The translations under genes were made by a program, and so were the position numbers. From Octopus bimaculoides (lineage: Eukaryota), in assembly GCF_001194135.2 (NCBI RefSeq), contig NC_068982.1, positions 186,177,195 to 186,241,194 on the forward strand: a DNA stretch of 64,000 bases, read 5' to 3'. This document shows, piece by piece, positions 24,541-36,429 of this stretch. The notes beneath the pieces are model-generated. The model ran no database searches and was not told where the DNA came from. It saw nothing but the letters and a program-made list of their open reading frames with translations. The stretch's first letter is position 1. Each line of letters opens with the position of its first letter.

Positions 24541-25397
24541 TAGGATTGGTTCGAAAGCTGCTTAGCAAGAAAACTACTTTAGTTGGAACAATCAGAAAGA
24601 AAAGAGTTGAACTTCCAAGTGCTTTCACACATGGAAAAGGAAGAGAAATCAACAGCACAATATTTGGATTTTAAAAGGATTCTATGATCCTTTCTTATTG
24701 TCCCAAGAAAGAATATGTAGTCGCACTTATGAGTACAATGCACTCTCAGCCTTCAATTGATTCAAAAAATGCTGAAAAGAAACCAGAAGTTATTACATGT
24801 TACAACAAAACAAATGGAGGAGTAGATACCCGAGATAAGATGGCAAGAACATAGACATGCAAAAGAATGACTCAAAGATGGCCTACGGTTATATTCTACA
24901 ATAGGATTCATATAAGTCCCGTGAATACTTTCATTGTTGCAAAGTTTCAAGGATAAAAGAAGACAGTGCCTAATTCAGTTAGGAACGGAACTTGCCAGGG
25001 TTAATGCTAAACAAGAATATGACAAACAGTCTACTAGTTCCGCTAACATTTCTGAACCAAACAAGAAAAGAAGATGCTTTTCACCCTCATTTGAGATTCC
25101 TCAGCCAAAGGAAAATGGAAGATGTTCTTCGGGTGGCCCAAAGAAAAGGGAGGAGGACTCATACTACATGTTGTCTGCATTCACTGCCATGGAGAGCTGT
25201 AATTCTGTACTTTTGTAATTTTTTTAATTTATGTTATATTCCATAAGCTGTATTTTTTAATAAAAATCTGTGAGAAACAGTAATTCTTCATTCACCTGAC
25301 AGCATAGTTTGAATAAAATTTAATTAAAAGAAAAATATTGGCTCCATTGGACCCAGTTGCTAATTAGTGACATGCATTTTCTCTGGTAGACCAAGGG
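24541..25397 (+). pseudogene. piggyBac transposase 3' fragment with right terminus
   Basis: LVGTIRKKR, ALMSTMH, KKPEVITCYNKTNGGVD, KRMTQRWP with stops; ends AGGG followed by TTAA (25398-25401). Confidence 0.9.
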
Positions 25398-25744
25398 TTA
25401 AATTCCTTAAATGGATGTTCTATACACACAAAATTCTTAAACTGGACAACAACTCATCAGAAAATAGCTGTTTCAACCCTTTAGTTACCATATTTCTATT
25501 AAAAAAAGACACTGACTTTATTTCAAATAATTTTGGTCAGCCCGAGACTATAGTAGAAGACACTTGCTCAAGGTGTCACACAGTGGGACTGAACCCGGAA
25601 CCATGTAGTTGGGAAACCTGCGCCTATAATGAAAAATTTAGTAGAATGAAATAAACTAATCACAAATTTTGATAGGAGATCTAATTTACACAATTACTCT
25701 AAAACAGAAAGTTTATATCACAAAATACAGGATGGGCTGGCCTT

Positions 25745-26215
25745 CAAGGATGGTGCGGTACCAAGCATTGTGGTCAGCAGTCTGGGGGATCTACCAGTGG
25801 GGGGGGGTCAATATTACAAACTGTCACAGTCTTTTTTAGCATGTCTTTATACCATCCCTTGAGCGCCAGAAAGCAATTCTCTGTGGGCCACAATCTTTGG
25901 CAGGTGATGGTCAACTATCCTGAAGACATATCCCATCCAGCAGAGTTGTGTCTTCCTAAGAATGGCCTTGATATTGGTGGTCTCGGCTTTCTCCAGGACG
26001 CCTGTGTTGGTGACATAGTCAGTCCAGTGGATATTTGATATGGTGCGCAAACAGCATCAGTAGAACCTCTCCAGGAAGCAGGTGTGACACCGATACAGGA
26101 GCCATGGCTCAGAGGTGTGGCAGTAAGTGGAAAGAACTGGAGACCAGCAAACGCTGAACATTGTCTCTGTTTTCAGTTTGTTATTTCTCCATACCTTGTC
26201 TTTAAGTCTCCCAAA
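25745..26215 (-). pseudogene. RTE (BovB-like) RT C-terminal fragment
   Basis: GRLKDKVWRNNKL, SEPWLLYR, IHWTDYVTNTGVLEKA, QLCWMGYVFR in ORF track frames. Confidence 0.85.
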
Positions 26216-26289
26216 CACACAACACACAACACACATACAAGCACACACACACACACACATACACATACACACACACAAACACATACATG

Positions 26290-26680
26290 TGTCTTCTACA
26301 ATAGCCTCAACTTCCCAACCATATGGTTCCGGGTTCAGTCCCACTGTGTGGCACCTTGGGCAAGTGTCTTCTACTATAGCCTCGGGCCGACCAAAGCCTT
26401 GTGAGTGGATTTGATAGAAAGAAACTGAAAGAGGCCGTGTGTACGCGCGCGAGCATGTGTATCTGTTTGTGTGTCTGTGTTTGTCCCCCCACCATCGCTT
26501 GACAACCGATATTGGTGTTTATGTTCCCGAAACTTAGCGGTTCGACAAAAGAGATCCGATAGAATAAGTACTGGGCTTACAAAGGATAATTCCTGGGATC
26601 GATTTGTTCGACTAAAGGCGGTGCTCCAGCATGGCTGCAGTCAAATGGCGGAAACAAAGTAAAAGAGTAAACGAGTATTA
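26290..26680 (+). mobile_element. tRNA-derived CORE-SINE, representative copy. Others at about 2815, 8870, 10075, 11660, 14165, 16800, 21095, 27640, 28000, 30900, 31315, 42760, 44770, 48530, 52375, 61310, 63495
   Basis: B-box GGTTCAGTCC, MIR-CORE-like GTGGCACCTTGGGCAAGTGTCTT, (GT)n linker, tail GGCGGTGCTCCAGCATGG...GAAAC(AAAAGAG)n. Confidence 0.85.
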
Positions 26681-27404
26681 TTTTTACCTGTCTACAAACA
26701 CAGCCAGGCTGAAATAATTAATGCATTCTTCCAGGAGTGAATAAAAAAATTCTCAAACTTGAAGAGATGGGCCCCTTAGATACTAACATGGGCCCCTATA
26801 TAGAGAGATTCTTATGGCGCAGCGGCTCACTTGCCATCGGGCAAGCTGGCATCCACCACTCACTGACTCATACACACATGCCTCTACACAGCTGGTACAA
26901 CTTATCGAGTCAACCTAAGTTTTCTCACACGACCAGGATTCACAGCCAAACAATAGAAGCACTAAATACCACCACCACCGCCGCCGCCACCATCACAGCT
27001 GCCACCATCACTACCGCCATCTCCACCACCACCAGACATGTATTCAATACTATTAAAGCGATCTTGAAAAGATTGTAGTAACGTGACTGTGTCAAGGTTG
27101 ACTCTTTGAACGTATAATTTGGTGTGACGTTAATACTAATTATGAGCCAGTCTCTGCGCTGTATAGGGAAACCGCTGAGACAATACCAAACTTGTTACGT
27201 TTGTTTGGTTTTGTAATGTCTGAAGGTCTCGTATATACACGCACGCATGCATGCACGCATACACACGCACGCACCAACAAACAAACAAACAAATTAACAC
27301 ACTGACACATATATGTCCCAGACTGGCAGTGTAAATGTCGCTATTTTGAGAAGCCTATAGCCATGGTGTGTGCAAGAGATCGAGGAAAACAGATGTTGGA
27401 TGAT

Positions 27405-27602
27405 GATGATGATGATAGCTAGCTAGATAGACAGATAGATAGATAGTCAGACAGACAGACAGATAGAGATAGCTAGATAGATAGATAGATAGACAGACAG
27501 GCATAGCTAGATAGATAGATAGCTAAGTAGATAGACAGGTAGACACGTAGCTAGCTAGCTAGCTAGATAGATAGATAGACAAAAACAGACTGAGAGACCG
27601 AC

Positions 27603-27636
<34 letters not shown>

Positions 27637-27640
27637 GATA
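27405..27640. repeat. Compound GATA/GACA/GCTA microsatellite
   Basis: Direct reading. Many other (AT)n, (CA)n, (GAT)n tracts throughout the window. Confidence 0.95.
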
Positions 27641-27819
27641 GGCTTCTTTCAGTTTCCATCTACCAAATCCACTCCCAAGGCTTCAGTTGGCCCAAGGCTA
27701 CAATAGAAGACACTTGCCCAAAGTGCCACGCTGTGGGACTGAACCTGGAACCATGTGGTTGGGAGGCAAGCTTCTTGCTACACAGTCACACCTGCACCTA
27801 TGTATACCATTTCTATACT

Positions 27820-27885
27820 TACCTATAACTTACCTATGACTTCCCTATGACTTCCCTATACTTACCTATGACTTACCTATGACTT
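27820..27885. repeat. 11-bp tandem repeat (TTACCTATGAC), about 6 units
   Basis: Direct reading. Confidence 0.85.
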
Positions 27886-28158
27886 GATTGTTAGTGCATT
27901 GTTATGGATGGCTAATCAATATTTATGTATATTTATTGGATGACTCATTCATCATCACACGACTTCATTGTTGAGGATGGCATTAGTCAACATTTACATA
28001 GAGGAATAGTCGTGTGGTAACAGGTTTGCTACCCAACCACAGGGTTTTTGGTTCGATCTTACTGCATGGAACCTTGTCTTCTACTATAGTCCTGGGCTGA
28101 TCAAAGCCTTGTGAGTGAATTTGATAAATAGAAACTTAAAGAAGCCAGTCAAATTATC

Positions 28159-28740
28159 ATATGCTAGACCACTGGTTTTAATTGATTAATATCAATTTCT
28201 ACCCTTATTAATAAATTTTAAATAATGATGTTTTCAAACCGGTAAATTAGCTGCAAAAATTTGTTAACTGCAGGGTTATTTCCGGACTTAGCGCGTCAGA
28301 TTGAAGACATTTGAAGGGATACACTGAATGTAATTTGTAGAACTCTACACATGCTCCCTTTCGGGTGGATGTCTTGTGTCTAGTTCTGGAAATTATATTT
28401 TATAAATCGACAGACTACGCTGATGATCCTGCAGATATTTACTTATGTAAATTTTAACAGGTGAAACCATGGTACGTAGGTTAATCGTTTTTTTTTTATT
28501 TAGTATTTTTTCATTTGTCTTGCCCTTTTACAGTCTGTTGTGTCGCTAGATTTTTACTGAGAACATATTTTTCATGGTTAGATGATTCAGCATCTATTTC
28601 TAGCATATAGGAGTCCACTTTTGCTGGTCATTCCTCTTATTTGTGTATGTAATATAATTTTAATCTTCGGATTTTTTTAATATGCTAGACCACGGTTTTA
28701 ATTGATTAATATCAATTTCTACCCTTATTAATAAATTTTA
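28159..28740 (+). mobile_element. Terminally redundant 521-bp non-coding unit carrying the hammerhead (Penelope pLTR / retrozyme-like)
   Basis: Direct repeats 28159-28220 and 28680-28740 (one 1-nt indel), central ribozyme, no ORF in the track. Confidence 0.65.
28415..28479 (+). ncRNA. Minimal type I hammerhead ribozyme motif
   Basis: Stem I CTACG/CGTAG; core CTGATGA (28420-26); stem II CCTG/CAGG extended by ATTTAC/GTAAAT; GAAA (28463-66); palindromic stem III ACCATGGT; GTA cleavage triplet (cut after 28474). U.U mismatch at the base of stem II. Confidence 0.75.
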
Positions 28741-28746
28741 TATATA

Positions 28747-28887
28747 CACTAGCGTAGCTAGAGTGTGTGCCACCTGGAGCAGCCCTTCCGTTTGCTGCCA
28801 CTGCTGGACCCCACAAAGAACAATTATTGCTTACAGCAGACCCAAAAGTGTCACCCTATTAAAAGTGACCCTCTAGCTATGCTAGTG
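28747..28887. mobile_element. About 140-bp MITE (second copy inverted at about 39025-39185)
   Basis: TIR CACTAGCGTAGCTAGAG / CTCTAGCTATGCTAGTG; shared internal CAGCAGACCCAAAAGTG. Confidence 0.7.
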
Positions 28888-28919
28888 TAAAAAATGCACA
28901 CACACACACACATATATAT

Positions 28920-29050
28920 ACGTAGTCTGATCAATAAGTATCCGGACTGTTTCTATAGTAACGAAGCTAAAGCATGGAGAGCGAAACTGCTCAGCACGGA
29001 TTGACCTTGAACCCTACTGCACATGCACACTAAGTTTTAACGTAAAGAGC
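28920..29050 (+). mobile_element. Mariner-like left end
   Basis: TA-CGTAGTCTGATCAATAAGTATCCGGAC resembles mariner TIRs; partner TIR not seen. Confidence 0.55.
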
Positions 29051-29445
29051 ACCATTCAAGCGTTGAGCCTCACGGAGGCAAAGTGGCTGAGCTCCTTTTG
29101 AGCGTTGGGCCTCATGGAGACAATGACCAAGACCAGTGGCATTATGTTGTACTTGAGAAGAAGACCCATCAAACTGAGCAAAATGGCAGTTGTGGCAGAT
29201 ACCGGTGTCACGCAAATGACACCCGTGCCAGTGGAATGTAAAAGCACCCATTACACTCTTGGAGTGGTTGGCGTTAGGAAGGACATCCAGCTGTAGAAAA
29301 CCATGCCAAATCAGACTGGAACTTGGTGCAGCTTTCTAGCATACCAGCTCTGGTCAAACCGTCTAACACACGCCAGCATGGACAATGGATGTTAAATGAT
29401 GACGATAATGATGATGATATATAGATAGATAGATAGATAGCAAGC

Positions 29446-29477
<32 letters not shown>

Positions 29478-31170
29478 NNNNNNNNNNNNNNNNNNNNNNN
29501 NNNNNNNNNNNNNNNNNNNNNNNNNNNNNNNNNNNNNNNNNNNNNNNNNNNNNNNNNNNNNNNNNNNNNNNNNNNNNNNNNNNNNNNNNNNNNNNNNNNN
29601 NNNNNNNNNNNNNNNNNNNNNNNNNNNNNNNNNNNNNNNNNNNNNNNNNNNNNNNNNNNNNNNNNNNNNNNNNNNNNNNNNNNNNNNNNNNNNNNNNNNN
29701 NNNNNNNNNNNNNNNNNNNNNNNNNNNNNNNNNNNNNNNNNNNNNNNNNNNNNNNNNNNNNNNNNNNNNNNNNNNNNNNNNNNNNNNNNNNNNNNNNNNN
29801 NNNNNNNNNNNNNNNNNNNNNNNNNNNNNNNNNNNNNNNNNNNNNNNNNNNNNNNNNNNNNNNNNNNNNNNNNNNNNNNNNNNNNNNNNNNNNNNNNNNN
29901 NNNNNNNNNNNNNNNNNNNNNNNNNNNNNNNNNNNNNNNNNNNNNNNNNNNNNNNNNNNNNNNNNNNNNNNNNNNNNNNNNNNNNNNNNNNNNNNNNNNN
30001 NNNNNNNNNNNNNNNNNNNNNNNNNNNNNNNNNNNNNNNNNNNNNNNNNNNNNNNNNNNNNNNNNNNNNNNNNNNNNNNNNNNNNNNNNNNNNNNNNNNN
30101 NNNNNNNNNNNNNNNNNNNNNNNNNNNNNNNNNNNNNNNNNNNNNNNNNNNNNNNNNNNNNNNNNNNNNNNNNNNNNNNNNNTTAACGTCCGCTTTCCAT
30201 GCTAGCATGGGTTGGACGATTTGACTGAGGACTGGTGAAACCGGATGGCAACACCAGGCTCCAAATCTAATTTGGCAGAGTTTCTACAGCTGGATGCCCT
30301 TCCTAACGCCAACCACTCAGAGAGTGTAGTGGGTGCTTTTACGTGTCACCCGCACGAAAACGGCCACGCTCGAAATGGTGTCTTTTATGTGCCACCCGCA
30401 CAAGAGCCAGTCCAGGGGCACTGGCAACGATCTCACTTGGCTTGCCGGGTCTTCTCACGCACAGCACATTTCCAAAGGTCTCGGTCAGTAGTCATCGCCT
30501 CGGTGAGATATAATATATATATATATATGCATATATATAATAATACAAATAATATGTGAGTATATGCGTATATACGTACATGTATGTACATACCTGCATC
30601 TACATGTATATATAGATGCATATCTGGGTACAGGACGTCACAAAAAAAAAACGTGGACAAAATGAAAAACGAGAATATAAACAAAGCACAGAAAACACAC
30701 AGGCCACATAGAGAACATTTCCTTCATCAGCTGCCACCATTCTAAAACTAAGCGTTTCGAAGAGTTAGGGCAGGACGCATTGTTAGAATGGCTCTTCCCG
30801 TGGAAACAAATTAAATTTGTAATGTGGAGGAATGTAGTGGCGAACAGAAAACAAGGCAGGAAAACAAAACAGTGAAAATAAACAAGGGCTCTATATATAT
30901 ATGTGTGTGTGTATCTTTGTGTCTGTGTTTGTCTCCCACTGCTTGACAACTGGTGCTGGTGGTTTTACATTGTCATAACTTAGCAGTTCATCAAAATTGA
31001 CAGATAGAATAAGTAATAGGCTTTAAAATAATAATTACTGGTGTCGATACATTCAACTAAAAATTCTTCATGGCAGTGCCCCAGCATGGCCGCAGCCTAA
31101 TGACTGAAACACATAAAAGATTAAAAAAAAGCTGAAGGATATTCATTTTTCCAGTTCTTCCTTCATCATT

Positions 31171-31255
31171 TAACCCTAAACCCTAAACCCTAAACACTAA
31201 GCCCTGAACCCTAACCCCTAACCCTAAACCCTATCATTAACTCTGAACCTTAAAC
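31171..31255. repeat. Interstitial telomere-like array (CCCTAAA/CCCTAA, degenerate)
   Basis: About 11 units read directly. Confidence 0.85.
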
Positions 31256-31518
31256 AATTTTTTTTACCACAAAATTGTAATCTCCTGTGTTTAAAACATA
31301 TGTCGTGTTTTTCATTCTTTTACTTGTTTCAGTTGTTAGACTGTGGCCATGCTGGGGCACGACCTTAAAGAATTTTAGTTGAATGAATTGATCCCAGTAC
31401 TTTTTCGTATTTTTTAAGCCTGGTGCCTACTCTATTGGTGTCTTTTGCCAAACTGCTAAGCTATGGGATGTAAACACACCAACACTGGTTGTCAAGCAGT
31501 GACGGGGGGACAAACACA

Positions 31519-31550
<32 letters not shown>

Positions 31551-32419
31551 GATATGATGAGCTTCTTTCAGTTTTCATCAACCAAATCCACTCACAAGGC
31601 TTTGATTGGCCCAAGGTTATAGTAGAAAAGACACTCGCCGAAGGTGTCATGCAGTGGGACTGAACCTGGAACCATGTTGTTGGGAAGCAAGCTTCTTACC
31701 ACACAGTCACTCCTGCGCCTATGTGTGTATATTTCTTTTTAATGTCTACCTTTTTATTCTTGCATTGGTTTATTAAAACAGAATTTCTATGGCCAGTTGC
31801 TCTTCTTCTATTCCTGTGGATCTCAACTGGTGTCCTTGAAGCTCCGTATAAGATTTTATTGTTAAATTTTTATACGCAATAATCTGGTTATATTTCTTAA
31901 ATACACAGAATATTTCAGCATTTTTCACACAGGCAGAAAGAGGCCCTGACCTGATTTGGTGGCTGTTTATTTATATCATGTGGATATTTATGTGTATTTA
32001 CTTAACAATTTGTTCACTATCACTTGCCTTTTCAATACAGATAGTTTAGTTGATGCTAATGTAAATAAACCATTAAACAGACTGGATTTGACAGTGAAAT
32101 AAACTACAAAGAGACTGTATAAGTAGCTATATAATTAGTCATGGACTTCTATTGTTTATTTACTCCATGCATAATTAATTTCTATGTAAGCTATTTTGCT
32201 ACATGTTCCATGCATTTGGTATATTGATTCTTATAAATGGCTAAACCTGTTTTCTTAATGAATGTCATGGAAATATAGAGTTCCATTATGACTAAACGAT
32301 ACTTTAAACTTTCAACATTTATTATCTTCCATTTTCCCAACAACTATGGACACCTTTTTGAATATCGCATATCTAACACTTGTGAACATGTCTAACATAC
32401 ATTTTTTTTCCCTATATAA

Positions 32420-32530
32420 TCTTATTTTTAGTATATATTTATCTTATTTTTAGTATATATTTATCTTATTTTTAGTATATATTTATCTTATTTTTAGTAT
32501 ATATTTTCTTCATTTTTAGTATATATATAT
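32420..32530. repeat. 22-bp AT-rich tandem repeat, about 5 units
   Basis: TTTATCTTATTTTTAGTATATA units. Confidence 0.85.
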
Positions 32531-32935
32531 AAAACTTAGATAAAACTTAGATAAAACTTAGATGGGTTTCGACCAAAGATTGGTCCAGGCCATGTCTAAC
32601 TTAAAGCACCACCTGATAGGATTATCTAAATCCTTTTTACAGTCAAGTTTGGTCTATGGTCCATTCAAGTAGTGAGTTCTTATTGAGTGAGTTGTATCCA
32701 GGTATGGGTGGCTTATTTGGTATTCCTTGAAGAAAGCTGTCTAGACTCCGTTTAAAGCTGATAGGATCCTTTTCCTCTTTTACCTGTTTCGGGAAAATGT
32801 TAAACAGGGCAGGGCCTGTTGCCTTCAATTCGTTTGGTGAGTGCCCTCTGGGGTGATTCAATCCTCGAGATGTTTTGTTTTGTATGGGGAGACCACAAGG
32901 GGCAGCAGTATTCGAAGTGTGGCCATACAAAGGAG
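32531..32935 (-). mobile_element. CR1/L2-type LINE 3' fragment with (ATCTAAGTTTT)3 tail
   Basis: PHFEYCCPLWSPHTKQNISRIES and GPALFNIFPK...FKRSLDSFLQGIPNKP in the ORF track; tandem tail at 32531-32563. Confidence 0.8.
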
Positions 32936-32949
32936 AAGTTTTTTTTTTT

Positions 32950-34735
32950 ATTCAAAAGTCCTGTGGTGATGGGAAGGTGGTGAAGCATGCAGACCTGACG
33001 GGTTGGAAGCATGTAGTCAGCGACCTGCACGTAGGCGGCCCATGCTAGATATAAAGTCGTCTCCTTGTCGCCCAAGACAGTGGTAGGATTCGGTTGCCTC
33101 ATGGGTGTCTGAGCAGCTCCATTTGGAGAGGGCACTGCTCACCCGGAGGCCAGAGAGGTTCTAGAAAAGGTGAACCAAAAATTGCCTGTATTTCCATATC
33201 TGGTCAGTTTAGCACAACTGACGGATGTCCACCCTGCACTCGAAAAACAAAGAGTCTTTTATTTATCAAATCTGGTCAGAACTTGAACATTTCATGTTGG
33301 AATGTGCGCACTCTGTTGCACAACAAGAGTGATTGTAGGCCTGAAAGATGCACTGCACTTGTTGCTCGTGAGCTGAACCGTTATAAAATTGATATAGCTG
33401 CACTCTCAGAGACTCATATAGAAGGCGATGGTCAGCTTGAGGAAGTAGGAGGTGGATACACCTTTTTTTGGAAAGGAAGGCAGAAGGAGGAGCACAGAGA
33501 GGCTGGTGTTGGTTTTGCAGTCCGATCTGATATCCTTAAGAAGTTGGAAGAGCTCCCTGTTCCTATAAATGAACGTATAATGACGCTACAGTTGCACTTG
33601 AAAGGTATGCAGTTTGCTGCTCTAATAAGTGCCTATGCACCTACTTTGACTAGCTGTGATGAAGATAAAACAATCTTTTATACCCAGCTGAGAGCCATAC
33701 TTAGAAAAATCCCCAATTCTGATAAAGTCATTCTACTGGGGGATTTTAATGCTAGAGTTGGAACAGACTGGCAAACATGGAACTCTCTAGGACGTTTTGG
33801 AGCNNNNNNNNNNTTCTGATAAAGTCATTCTACTGGGGGATTTTAATGCTAGAGTTGGAACAGACTGGCAAACATGGAACTCTCTAGGACGTTTTGGAGC
33901 AGGGAAAATGAATAGCAATGGTCTCATGCTACTGGAGCTTTGCGAAGAACATGGACTTTACATCGCAAGCACTCATTTTATGCACAAAGGTGATCAAGCA
34001 ACAACGTTGATGCATCCAAGGTCCAAAGTCTGGCACTTGCTGGATTATGTCACCATCCGCAAGCACGACATTTGTGACATTTATAATGTCAAGTCCTTCC
34101 ATGGATCAGAATGCTGGACAGACCACAGTCTGGTGCGAGCAAAGTTCCGAATGGTAATTAGAGTGAAAGAGAGAAGAGGACCAGTCAGTATTCCTCGCCA
34201 TCTAAATGTCCACAAGGTATATGATGTTGTGGTTAGGAAAGAACTTCAGACTCGCTTGTCCAGCATTGAAACTGCTGCAGCATGGGAGGATTTTTGAGAC
34301 CGGGTTCTACAATGTGCAGCCGAAACCCTGGGATATGTTACTGCCAAACACAGAGGCTGGTTTGATGAGAATGATGCTGAAGTTCAGCAACTATTGATGG
34401 TAAAGCGCCATGTTCACAGTGTATTGCTACACAGAGAACTGTCTACTGTGCAGCGAAGTCTAGCACTTGCCCACTATAACAGTGTAAAATCACTACTGCA
34501 GCGATCTCTCAGGAAGATGCAGAACACTTGGTGGGAGGATCTTGCTCGTGATGTTCAAGCTGCTGCTGATGCAAATGACAGCAAGAAACTTTACCATCTT
34601 ATGAAGCGAGCTTATGGACCTAAGAGCTCCACATCAGCTCCATTGCTTTCCAAGGAGTCTTCCACCCTGTTTACTAAATCAACAGAAATCACAGGTCACT
34701 GGATCGAACACTTCTGCTTCTTGCATTTCTGCTTC
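32950..34735 (+). mobile_element. Young RTE (BovB-like) LINE: 5' UTR, APE endonuclease and linker; runs into gap
   Basis: CWNVRTL, IDIAALSET, GYTFFWKG, GVGFAV, SAYAPT, VILLGDFNARVG, LLDYV, TDHSLV. One in-frame TGA at 34295-34297 once the overlap around the 10-N gap is removed. Confidence 0.95.
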
Positions 34736-36119
34736 NNNNNNNNNNNNNNNNNNNNNNNNNNNNNNNNNNNNNNNNNNNNNNNNNNNNNNNNNNNNNNNNN
34801 NNNNNNNNNNNNNNNNNNNNNNNNNNNNNNNNNNNNNNNNNNNNNNNNNNNNNNNNNNNNNNNNNNNNNNNNNNNNNNNNNNNNNNNNNNNNNNNNNNNN
34901 NNNNNNNNNNNNNNNNNNNNNNNNNNNNNNNNNNNNNNNNNNNNNNNNNNNNNNNNNNNNNNNNNNNNNNNNNNNNNNNNNNNNNNNNNNNNNNNNNNNN
35001 NNNNNNNNNNNNNNNNNNNNNNNNNNNNNNNNNNNNNNNNNNNNNNNNNNNNNNNNNNNNNNNNNNNNNNNNNNNNNNNNNNNNNNNNNNNNNNNNNNNN
35101 NNNNNNNNNNNNNNNNNNNNNNNNNNNNNNNNNNNNNNNNNNNNNNNNNNNNNNNNNNNNNNNNNNNNNNNNNNNNNNNNNNNNNNNNNNNNNNNNNNNN
35201 NNNNNNNNNNNNNNNNNNNNNNNNNNNNNNNNNNNNNNNNNNNNNNNNNNNNNNNNNNNNNNNNNNNNNNNNNNNNNNNNNNNNNNNNNNNNNNNNNNNN
35301 NNNNNNNNNNNNNNNNNNNNNNNNNNNNNNNNNNNNNNNNNNNNNNNNNNNNNNNNNNNNNNNNNNNNNNNNNNNNNNNNNNNNNNNNNNNNNNNNNNNN
35401 NNNNNNNNNNNNNNNNNNNNNNNNNNNNNATACATACATACATACACACACACACATATATATATGTATATATGTATGTATGTATATACATACACTTATA
35501 TATTATATATATATAATGCATACACACACACACATACACACACACACACATGCAAACACACACACATGCACATACACATATTCTTTTCTATTCTAGGCAC
35601 AAGGCCTGAAATTTTATGAGAGGGGACCAGTCGATTAGATCAACTCCAGTATGCAACTGGTCCTTAATTTATCGACCCCGAAAGGATGAAAGGCAAAGTC
35701 AACCTCAGCGGAATTTGAACTCAGAACGCAAAGACAGACGAAATATCACTTAGCATTTCGTCCAGCGTGCTAACGTTTCTGCCAGCTTGATACACACACA
35801 CACACACATATATTGTTTGCACGAGGGTTTCAGATATTAGCCCAAGGCCAAAATGTATGAGGAAAGGGCTAAGTTGGTTACATTGACCCCAGTACTCACT
35901 CAGCTGGTACTTATTTTATGGACCCCTAAAAGGATTAAAGGCAAAGTCAACCTCAGCACAATTTGAACACAGAATGGAAAGACAGACGAAATACCACTAA
36001 GCATATTGTCCGCCATGTTGGCAAATCTATATAAGCTGGTAGCCTTATATAATGTATAAATATTGAACTATTTTGATTGATTGTCAGAGTTGAAACGCAT
36101 TTTTATAATTTCCTTATAT

Positions 36120-36300
36120 GGTAAGTCACTCAAACCTGAAACATAAGTAAACTTTAAGAGGGAAAAAATATCTGTGTAGTTCTCTTGTAAATAGCGCAAC
36201 TATCAGTTTTGATATAATAAATTTATGCAGAATTTTGACAAAATTAGTCGCCAGTGCAGCGCTTATTTTCCAGGCAATACCGGGTTTTCTTACAATTTTG
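36120..36300 (+). mobile_element. Helitron-like 3' end repeat (second copy about 40290-40465)
   Basis: Two homologous segments ending CCAGGCAA(T/C)(A/T)CCGGG, resembling the Helitron subterminal hairpin; CTAG end not intact. Confidence 0.45.
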
Positions 36301-36429
36301 CATACACACATATGCACATATCGTCTGGTGGTTTTGACCTGCCGTGAAATGTTCTGCAGTGCTGTCAGCTCAATATGCTGCAACGCAATTGCATACATGG
36401 GTGTGTATATATATGGAAGAACTACTATG

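Noticed and set aside
30700-30760. CTGATGAAGG on the minus strand in a Penelope-looking repeat
   Set aside because: No GAAA strand or stem III follows, so it cannot be called a hammerhead.
33050-33130. Possible HDV-like ribozyme in the RTE 5' UTR (GTC-TCCTTGTC-GCC resembles P3/L3)
   Set aside because: P3 has a mismatch and I could not find a P1 partner or a J4/2 catalytic motif by eye. A descriptor search (RNArobo/Infernal) on the family consensus would settle it.
33716-33900. About 85-bp direct duplication inside the RTE endonuclease
   Set aside because: Identical copies sit either side of a 10-N spacer: an unmerged contig overlap, not biology.
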